From a virus: DNA of 64,000 nt. The position numbers were made by a program, and so were the translations under genes. Below the pieces are notes generated by a model. The model was not told where the DNA came from, ran no database searches, and worked only from the letters and a program-made list of their open reading frames with translations. Numbering within the stretch: the first letter of the stretch is position 1; every line of letters starts with the position of its first letter. This document shows positions 50,104 through 56,953 of this stretch, piece by piece. Location: positions 43,929 to 107,928 of IMG/VR virus record IMGVR_UViG_3300011115_000717. The stretch is one strand, 5' to 3'.

Positions 50104-50361
50104 ATGCTAAAATTTTCTCAGTTTATCAATGAATATGTTCAACCACCAAAGAAGAAAGATACTGCTTCTCAACTTGGTTTAGCGATTGAACCAGAAGAAG
50201 AAGAAGAATATTCAAATATTGTAAATTCTAATATTGATGATCCTAATACACCAGAAGTAGAAGCACAAACTGGAGATTTAAGTTGGCAAGATACCAATAA
50301 GTCTGTTAGTAATTATGTCGGTAAACAAGTTGCTGATATGAAACGAAAGGCTGGACTATGA
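50104..50361 (+). CDS. Small late protein with capsid-targeting-like N-terminus
   Basis: MLKFSQFINE; ATAAATA plus AAGGA. Confidence 0.7.
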   Translation: MLKFSQFINEYVQPPKKKDTASQLGLAIEPEEEEEYSNIVNSNIDDPNTPEVEAQTGDLSWQDTNKSVSNYVGKQVADMKRKAGL

Positions 50362-50879
50362 ACAACGACATTTACAGTGAATTGGGTTTAGATGCACATT
50401 CTTTGTATGAAGGATTAAAAAGAACCTTGCGTCGTTTAAAATCAAACAAAGATGAAGGTGCTCTTGATGCAGCTGAAAGAGAAGTAAAGCGTCAAGGTCA
50501 TAGATCCGGAAGAATAAAACATAACAAAGATACTCGTAAAGAATATGAATTTGATAAAGGAATTAAAACATCTTTACCAAGACATGAACTTAAACGAGAA
50601 GAAGAAAGTCTACGGGCTCTTAAATTCAATAGACAAGGAATTGCTCTAGCGGCATATCCAAATATTCCAGGTGATAGATTTGATCATTTCAATATGTCAG
50701 CGAAGTTAGATAGAACTGAATTATCTAAAATGGGTAAAGCTGCTGAAAGCAGAACTACAGCAGCAGCACGAGCAGAAGATATTTACAACGAACAACCTGT
50801 AGTGAAAGCCCAAGATGACAAAGCAAAAAACAATTGGCTTAAAACTATATTAAAGATGAAAGATTTAGGTCTTGCCTAA
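50358..50879 (+). CDS. Basic late hypothetical protein
   Basis: LYEG site followed by basic helical region. Confidence 0.65.
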   Translation: MNNDIYSELGLDAHSLYEGLKRTLRRLKSNKDEGALDAAEREVKRQGHRSGRIKHNKDTRKEYEFDKGIKTSLPRHELKREEESLRALKFNRQGIALAAYPNIPGDRFDHFNMSAKLDRTELSKMGKAAESRTTAAARAEDIYNEQPVVKAQDDKAKNNWLKTILKMKDLGLA

Positions 50880-50881
50880 AT

Positions 50882-51049
50882 TTATTCTTCTGTTGCTTTT
50901 AATTCTGATACCACATAGCCGACGATTGCGCCAACTGTAGAACCTATAAGAGCACCCATTGTGTTTAGTGTGTATAGATAACCTAACAGATTAAGTAAGC
51001 ACAAGAAACCAAACACTAATAAAATTTTTAAAGAGAAAAGACTTTTCAT
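50882..51049 (-). CDS. Small two-TM membrane protein (not in ORF track)
   Basis: MKSLFSLKILLVFGFLCLL...GALIGSTVGAIVGYVV; TAATG coupling. Confidence 0.6.
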   Translation of the reverse strand: MKSLFSLKILLVFGFLCLLNLLGYLYTLNTMGALIGSTVGAIVGYVVSELKATEE

Positions 51050-51468
51050 TATTTTGTTTCTTTCATTTTAATAAATTCTTCATCACACAGAGTAACTATA
51101 GGAATTTGTTTGGAACGAAGTGTTCCATGTTTTCCTGTTATCTGACATACATCATATGATTTATCTTCGTATTCCTGAATTATAGCATTAGCCTTGCCCC
51201 ACAGATCAGCATCTTCTGTGAGAAAACTACAATAGAATCGAAGACCACCAAACTTTTCTTTGATTTGATCAATAGTGATACCAATCATATAGTCTTCTTC
51301 ATTGGGTGGATGATTGGCATATGACTCAACAAGCAGAGGAGTCAATTTAGAACATAGTTCATCAACAAGATTCACCCAACCATCAGGAAGATCAGAGTAT
51401 GCTGCTTCTGACATATTAGCAAACACAAGTGGATGCTTCTCTGCAAGTTTTTTAATATTATCACTCAT
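51049..51468 (-). CDS. Conserved phage hypothetical protein
   Basis: DGW..LV.ELC, QIKEKFGGLRFY, S..VC..TG..G, TLC. Confidence 0.8.
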   Translation of the reverse strand: MSDNIKKLAEKHPLVFANMSEAAYSDLPDGWVNLVDELCSKLTPLLVESYANHPPNEEDYMIGITIDQIKEKFGGLRFYCSFLTEDADLWGKANAIIQEYEDKSYDVCQITGKHGTLRSKQIPIVTLCDEEFIKMKETK

Positions 51469-51646
51469 CAATGCCTTTACCCCATCCTGTTCCATGTTTA
51501 TAATGATTAATGATATCTTCTGTATACTTGCCAGTGGCTTTTAATACTCGAATTTCTTCAGCAGCATCACGACAAATATCGTAAACCTCTTGATTTACTG
51601 TGCGCCATTTATCCGCCATATTTCTTAGTCGTGTTTCTATATCCAT
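51461..51646 (-). CDS. Hypothetical protein
   Basis: DIETRLR...DAAEEIRVLK motif. Confidence 0.65.
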   Translation of the reverse strand: MDIETRLRNMADKWRTVNQEVYDICRDAAEEIRVLKATGKYTEDIINHYKHGTGWGKGIDE

Positions 51647-51759
51647 TTTAATTATCCGTTGGTAGTAGCATAAGACATAGTATGTATACAGTAAATCCAA
51701 CAGCAACCAATACATCTATACTTAAAATAATTATTCCGATTGTTGTGTTACTCATTCAG

Positions 51760-51834
51760 TGATCCTTACGGGATTTGAACCCGTGTTATAGCCTTGAAAG
51801 GGCTGTGTCCTTGACCGGGCTAGACGAAAGGACC
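51760..51834 (-). tRNA. tRNA-Glu(TTC)
   Basis: GGTCCTT/AAGGATC-A, AGCC-CTTTCAA-GGCT, ACGGG-TTCAAAT-CCCGT. Confidence 0.9.
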
Positions 51835-51836
51835 AA

Positions 51837-52079
51837 TTAGCTATTCATTTGTCTATTATATTGTTTTTGATACTGTTTATTTATTCTCATCATATCATCA
51901 ACTTGATTACGTGTCAACTTAGTTATATCTTGATTAAATATTTGTTTTACATCATCAGGCATAATAGCAAAATGTGGAGGATCAGGAAAATCTTTAGGAT
52001 TAGCAGGAGTTTGAAACTCTCGTCTATCTTTAAAGTCTTTCCAAACTTTTCCTTTTCGTACAGATCTATATCTTCCCAT
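51837..52079 (-). CDS. Hypothetical protein
   Basis: Operon geometry. Confidence 0.6.
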   Translation of the reverse strand: MGRYRSVRKGKVWKDFKDRREFQTPANPKDFPDPPHFAIMPDDVKQIFNQDITKLTRNQVDDMMRINKQYQKQYNRQMNS

Positions 52080-52081
52080 TT

Positions 52082-52351
52082 TTATTCTCTAGGAGGACAT
52101 TCACTTACGTGCATAGCCTCTTTGGCTAGATACAACTGATTTCGTTCTTCTCTCTCTGCATCTTTGGCATAGAATGTCATCTTCATCTCAAAGAAATCTC
52201 GTTCCTTGGTAAGAAACTGAATTCTGTCTGATGCTTCGCGCAACAGATCCCGTATTACTTTATTGGCAAAGTCAGAGTGTTCCTCTAAACGAGCCACAAG
52301 AGTAGTTGCATCATTTATCGGTGCATTATTATTTGTTGGTGGTATTATCAT
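52082..52351 (-). CDS. Hypothetical protein
   Basis: LVARL...LLREASDRI..L, similar to 51461-51646. Confidence 0.6.
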   Translation of the reverse strand: MIIPPTNNNAPINDATTLVARLEEHSDFANKVIRDLLREASDRIQFLTKERDFFEMKMTFYAKDAEREERNQLYLAKEAMHVSECPPRE

Positions 52352-52577
52352 TGATATTTTCTTTGCGAAACTTATTCATAAATTCACATTTACAATGCTT
52401 AAACTCAACGTCATCTCTGTGAATGAGAAGCCCGTCCCATGCATCACACCAATGCCACCCATTTTTGAGTTCATCTGCTGTGAGCATGACAATAAAATCT
52501 TCATCATCAAATGGCTGCATCAGAAAGTCAAATCGTTCCTGAGTCATTCCGTGTTTTATAAATTCTCCATCAGCCAT
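52329..52577 (-). CDS. Hypothetical protein
   Basis: LT.DE...GWHWC..WDGLLI.....EF..C.C. Confidence 0.7.
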   Translation of the reverse strand: MADGEFIKHGMTQERFDFLMQPFDDEDFIVMLTADELKNGWHWCDAWDGLLIHRDDVEFKHCKCEFMNKFRKENINDNTTNK

Positions 52578-52905
52578 TGATTTTATCTTCCTGTGCTAAC
52601 TTTTCAAAAAGATCTTTATGTTTGGTAGCAATCTTTTTGTAACTATTTGCTACAGATTCACTGCGTTGATCTAATGATTTAAAGCAATCCCAGTCATTGT
52701 CATTGGCATAATCTTCTGCTTTCATTTGGCAACCTGTTGGCTGTGTTCGTGTGTACATATCGCAAAGATTTACTCTAGCCTCATCACGTTGCTGAGTGAG
52801 TTGAATCACATCTTGACGAAGTTTTGTAATCTCTGCCCATAACGTAACGGACAAAGGAATACCTGCATTACCATGATCATTATCGCCTACGAAGTTAATA
52901 GCCAT
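52570..52905 (-). CDS. Hypothetical protein
   Basis: LTQQRDEAR...C...WDCFK motif. Confidence 0.65.
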   Translation of the reverse strand: MAINFVGDNDHGNAGIPLSVTLWAEITKLRQDVIQLTQQRDEARVNLCDMYTRTQPTGCQMKAEDYANDNDWDCFKSLDQRSESVANSYKKIATKHKDLFEKLAQEDKING

Positions 52906-53452
52906 TATTTTCCTTTGAGTAAAGTTTAGCAACACGATTGCGTATCTCATCGATACTTATAGGAGTATACCCGATTCTCTCCACACAGCAAGAGAAATAT
53001 CTCAGATCTGTCACACCTTCGGCAAGCATCACTTCTTCGGCATGAAGATGTGCATGAATATTTAACCAAGAAGTATTTCTCTTGGCTCTCCACAGAGACA
53101 CAGGATGAAGAGGAATATGCGAAAGAATTTCATTGTCTAACTTATGATATGCACGAACATCACGAAAATACTTTGCATATTTTGAGAGTTCTAGAGTATC
53201 ATGGTTGCCCTTTATAAGAATTTTTGAACCATTGAGTGATTCAAGAATTTTTAAATCTTTTGGTGTGAATGCAACATCACCCATGACATAAACTTTGTCA
53301 CCTTTGGAAACAGTCTTGTTCCAATTCTCCACCATGACAGCATCACCTTCTTCGGCTGATGCATATGGACGAACCTTCTCGCCATTTGCACGAGTGAAGC
53401 GATACATTGCTTCGTGTCCAAAGTGTGGGCAACCAATGAAGTATGTACTCAT
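52895..53452 (-). CDS. Calcineurin-like metallophosphoesterase
   Basis: PHFGH, NWN..V...D.VY.MGD, KGNHD, LSHIP, HAHLH. Confidence 0.9.
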   Translation of the reverse strand: MSTYFIGCPHFGHEAMYRFTRANGEKVRPYASAEEGDAVMVENWNKTVSKGDKVYVMGDVAFTPKDLKILESLNGSKILIKGNHDTLELSKYAKYFRDVRAYHKLDNEILSHIPLHPVSLWRAKRNTSWLNIHAHLHAEEVMLAEGVTDLRYFSCCVERIGYTPISIDEIRNRVAKLYSKENNGY

Positions 53453-53732
53453 GCGTTTCCTTGAAAGGCGCGAATAGCAATGGATAAAACAATGGCAACG
53501 ACAATAGATAGTAATGCAAGTCCAATTATAAGCGTAGCCATGATAGCAATAAAACTTACAAAATTAGTCATTAGAATCCAATTTTATGGTAGAAGCACAG
53601 GCTGTTGAAGATTACGCAAAAGACAACTACCTTTGCAACAAAGATTGCTGCATCTATCCCAATAACAATCCAATCTTGTGTAGTATCAGTGTGCAAAAAT
53701 TTGTATAATATTTGAGTTAACTTATTCATAGT

Positions 53733-53921
53733 TTACTTTCCAACAGTAATGGTAATCTTCTGACACAGTTGCAAACTCATGAGAAACAATGTACTGGCAG
53801 CAAACGTGAGCATGGCTAGAATAGCCAAGTCAAGCAGTACAGAGAATGCACCCGGTGGGGGCATGAGAGAAAGAATGTAACGCTTAGGGGCAGGCTTAGT
53901 GATTTTCTTTTTAGTAGTCAT
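53733..53921 (-). CDS. Small membrane protein
   Basis: Basic N-terminus, then long hydrophobic helix. Confidence 0.55.
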   Translation of the reverse strand: MTTKKKITKPAPKRYILSLMPPPGAFSVLLDLAILAMLTFAASTLFLMSLQLCQKITITVGK

Positions 53922-53922
53922 G

Positions 53923-54159
53923 TTATTTCCAATTCTTGTTAATAAAAGTATAGTGCCCGTCATTACGAATGAACTTAAGAATGTCATCAGCAAACTTCTT
54001 GTTACCATCAAAAAGAATGGTAAAGGAATCTTCAAGCCTAATGTAGTTGTATTCAAACTCAGGCTTCACCTTATACATCCATTCAATGAACATATATTCA
54101 TTGCCGCTAAAGGTGGCATGGTTACTCCCAATCTTTGATGTCTTGGTTGTCGTGTTCAT
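53923..54159 (-). CDS. Hypothetical protein, leaderless
   Basis: TTGACA-16nt-TATCAT (54193-54166). Confidence 0.65.
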   Translation of the reverse strand: MNTTTKTSKIGSNHATFSGNEYMFIEWMYKVKPEFEYNYIRLEDSFTILFDGNKKFADDILKFIRNDGHYTFINKNWK

Positions 54160-54189
54160 ATGTATATGATACCTTGTTTAAACCAAATG

Positions 54190-54621
54190 TCAAGCAATTC
54201 TTTGTCTTTTTAAGAAACATAGGGCAGCGATACCAAGTATCACTAGAACGCCCGGAGATGGCACAGGAGGGGCATTACCCACCAATGGCATGGTTTGGAT
54301 TGCCCCCATACAAACGCTCTCTACACGATCATACATTATTGGAATAGCAAACTGTTGATCAACCATTTGAACTGTCTTAACTAGCACTCCACCATTGTAA
54401 AGTTTATAGACCCATAGCCCATCAGCAGTTCCCATGAACAAATTTGATGAAAAGTTTGTAACAGCAACTGTTGGAGGTTCAATGGCATTACCCAATGGTT
54501 CCATCATGGTATATGCAGAATCAAATTTTAAAATATCTTTATATGAAACTTCAACATACATAGAACCCTGATACACAGAATCATGAAAGATTTGCCCAGC
54601 AGAGTATAAGGTGGAGATCAT
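54190..54621 (-). CDS. Protein with C-terminal PEP-CTERM-like (VPxPG) exosortase signal
   Basis: Ends VPSPGVLVILGIAALCFLKRQRIA: motif, TM, basic cluster; own TTGATT-17nt-TATAAT promoter. Confidence 0.75.
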   Translation of the reverse strand: MISTLYSAGQIFHDSVYQGSMYVEVSYKDILKFDSAYTMMEPLGNAIEPPTVAVTNFSSNLFMGTADGLWVYKLYNGGVLVKTVQMVDQQFAIPIMYDRVESVCMGAIQTMPLVGNAPPVPSPGVLVILGIAALCFLKRQRIA

Positions 54622-54669
54622 TTGTATATTATACCATTAAGGACATCTAGAATCAATAAATATTATACT

Positions 54670-54897
54670 ATGAATCATATAACTCGTCATTACAAAAATT
54701 TAGCGGAACAACTCGAAAACCAATTAAACCAATTGATTGAGGGTATCAAAAAAGTAAAGAAGCAACTTGACCCAGTAGGCAAGGAAGATCAAGATATTGA
54801 CAACGATGGTGAACGAAACGACAAAGAGGATAAATTTATAGCACAACGTCGCAAAAAGATCTCTCAGGCAATAAGACTTCGTGGTAGAAATAAATGA
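54670..54897 (+). CDS. Small late protein
   Basis: MNHITRHYKNLAEQL...LIEG; LDPVGKEDQDIDNDG...D.FI..RRK.I module typical of T4-like head proteins. Confidence 0.75.
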   Translation: MNHITRHYKNLAEQLENQLNQLIEGIKKVKKQLDPVGKEDQDIDNDGERNDKEDKFIAQRRKKISQAIRLRGRNK

Positions 54898-55298
54898 AAA
54901 AATTTAAAGAATTTTTAGCCGAATCTAGTGACCTTTATGAAGAGAAGGATGCCTGTTACAAAAAGGCAATGGCTTCATATGGTAAGTGGTCAGCAAGAGC
55001 AGCCCAAGCAACGGCAAAATGTCGTAAAGGCAAGGGCAAGGTTAAAAAGTCTAAGGCAGGGGCAAACTTAAAGAGATGGGAAGCAGAAGATTGGGTAGAC
55101 ACCAAGTCAGGTAAAGATTGTGGTGCAGGGGGAAAGAATGAATATTGCAGACCAAGCAAGAGAGTCAGTAAGAAGACTCCAAAGACAGCCTCAGAGATGT
55201 CTTCCAAAGAGTTAAAGAGTAAGAAGGCAGAGAAGTCAAGAGTCGGAATGCAGGGAGCAGGGGGAAACAAAGTTTCACCCACACAGAGAAACACATGA
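54894..55298 (+). CDS. Basic Cys-containing late protein (DUF5872-like from memory)
   Basis: MKKFKEFLAE; KDACY, LKRWEAEDWVD.KSGK.CG...YCRPSKRVSKKTPKT..E. Confidence 0.8.
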   Translation: MKKFKEFLAESSDLYEEKDACYKKAMASYGKWSARAAQATAKCRKGKGKVKKSKAGANLKRWEAEDWVDTKSGKDCGAGGKNEYCRPSKRVSKKTPKTASEMSSKELKSKKAEKSRVGMQGAGGNKVSPTQRNT

Positions 55299-55588
55299 AA
55301 AGTTTTAAAGAATTTTTAGAAGAATCTGGTGCATGGCAACGCAAAGAAGGAAAGAACCCTGAAGGGGGACTTAACAAAAAGGGTGTTGCTGCATATCGTA
55401 GAGAGAACCCAGGTTCCAAACTTCAAACTGCTGTAACCACAAAGCCATCAAAATTAAAGCCTGGGTCAAAGGCAGCAAAGAGAAGAAAGTCATTCTGTGC
55501 AAGAATGGGTGGAATGCCTGGACCAATGAAGGATGAAAAGGGAAGACCTACAAGAAAAGCCTTATCACTACGAAAGTGGAACTGCTAA
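55295..55588 (+). CDS. Basic late protein (DUF6321-like from memory)
   Basis: MKSFKEFLEE; AWQRKEGKNPEGGLN.KG...RRKSFCARM.GM.GPMKDEKGRPTRKAL.LRKWNC. Confidence 0.85.
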   Translation: MKSFKEFLEESGAWQRKEGKNPEGGLNKKGVAAYRRENPGSKLQTAVTTKPSKLKPGSKAAKRRKSFCARMGGMPGPMKDEKGRPTRKALSLRKWNC

Positions 55589-55776
55589 TGAAGAATTTTA
55601 TTAATTTTGTAAACGAAAGCAAAGTATGGAAAGCAACAGTCAAGGTATCGAAAGATGGAAAGACTGTAGAGATTCCTGTAGAGTCAGGAGAGAGCATTCG
55701 TAAGGCAGTACATGGTAAGGTAGCAGAGTTGAGTAAAGAGGGGTATAAACTTGAGAAAGTTGATTACGAACAATGA
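55588..55776 (+). CDS. Small late protein with capsid-targeting-like N-terminus
   Basis: MKNFINFVNES; TAATG coupling. Confidence 0.65.
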   Translation: MKNFINFVNESKVWKATVKVSKDGKTVEIPVESGESIRKAVHGKVAELSKEGYKLEKVDYEQ

Positions 55777-55840
55777 AGAAGTGAGTGGGGGTAAATGGGG
55801 TATGGAAGGGATGGAGAGAGGGTAAAAGGAAACTTTGGAA

Positions 55841-56154
55841 AATTTTTGAATCCTGTCCTACAAAAACATATAGTAGACCCTCTCAGACTCGTTTACAACA
55901 GCCCTGAGAGCCTCTCTAAGCCCTTTTAGCCCTCAAAGGCACTCTACAGACCTTCAAGACCCTCCAAGAGCCTATAAACGATTCTACTGAGACAATCTCT
56001 ATACAAAATTTATCATATTTTTTGAATCCTGTCCAATGCCCCCCTCCAAGAGGGCTCACAACGTACATTATACCACAGTATTTTACCAAATCAATACAAT
56101 TTTTCTTAAATACTGTCCATATTCTTACAATCCTGTCCTTTTTGAATCCTGTCC
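55841..56154 (+). repeat. Direct repeats TTTTGAATCCTGTCC (x3) plus a partial copy
   Basis: ~55844-55858, 56020-56034, 56140-56154; AATCCTGTCC at 56129-56138. Confidence 0.85.
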
Positions 56155-56351
56155 GTGTCTTTTGTGATATCTGCTGTTGCATTCACGTGCATACGTATCT
56201 GAGAGGATTGAAAGTGCATTATTCTTCCACCGTCCTTTAAAGCCACACACCAAATGTCATTGGCGAATGTGCCACCGTCCCTTACGTATACCGTCCATCC
56301 ATCTCCCATAGGTGTTACTACTGGGAGTGGATATCGAAATTCATTAAACAT
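56106..56351 (-). CDS. Conserved small phage hypothetical protein
   Basis: EF..PLPVVTPMGDG...YV.DGG.FANDIWCV...GG..HF.S.QIR...NAT. Confidence 0.65.
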   Translation of the reverse strand: MFNEFRYPLPVVTPMGDGWTVYVRDGGTFANDIWCVALKDGGRIMHFQSSQIRMHVNATADITKDTDRIQKGQDCKNMDSI

Positions 56352-56640
56352 TTGAATTCTGTCCGAGCCGATAGGCTGATAGTACATTGGCTGATAATAC
56401 ATCTGTTCTCTGCCCATGGATACCCTCTCGGATACCGTCCACAGGAGTTTCAATATACACCAAGGTATCAAGTGATACCATGGGCAGAGGCAGATGCGCC
56501 GAAGTAGCAGAAGATTGGTCTTGCAGAACTCTAGAGAGTTCTGGGTTCACGCTCTCAAGCCCAGACTGCGAGGGGCGAGAGGTGGTTGGTCTGGTAACAC
56601 TCATATACCATATTATACCACATATCAAACTTATTACAAT

Positions 56641-56802
56641 AGTCAAGGTCAAACTTTAGGTTATCACAGATTTTTTTAAATTGTTTCTGATATAGTATTA
56701 TTGGACGCGACCTATCGGCTTTTTGGGGCGTGCAGTAACTATATTCTACCATATGGGGAGTGCTGTGTCAAGGTCCAAATTTTAGTTATCACAGATTTTT
56801 TT
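56641..56802 (+). repeat. ~36-bp direct repeat GTCAAGGTC(C)AAAnTTTAG(G)TTATCACAGATTTTTTT (x2), each upstream of a minus-strand promoter
   Basis: ~56642-56677 and ~56767-56802. Confidence 0.8.
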
Positions 56803-56898
56803 GTTGATAGGCTGGGGGCTGATAGGACAACGTCCGATAATTATTATTTTTTTATTGGAAACACCCAGGCGCTCTCCCTGGGTGGAGATAAAATAAAA

Positions 56899-56926
56899 CC
56901 ACCTAGACTCTTGACAGTCTAGGTGG
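56899..56926. terminator. Hairpin downstream of the VWA gene
   Basis: CCACCTAGACT-loop-AGTCTAGGTGG, followed on - strand by TTTTATTTTAT. Confidence 0.8.
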
Positions 56927-56953
56927 CGAACCCTCTACGGTTACTGTGTATCT

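Noticed and set aside
56661-56794. DnaA boxes (TTATCACAG)
   Set aside because: Does not match TTATnCACA, and T4-like replication is DnaA-independent
55841-56841. CRISPR array
   Set aside because: Repeats are short, few and irregularly spaced; no cas genes
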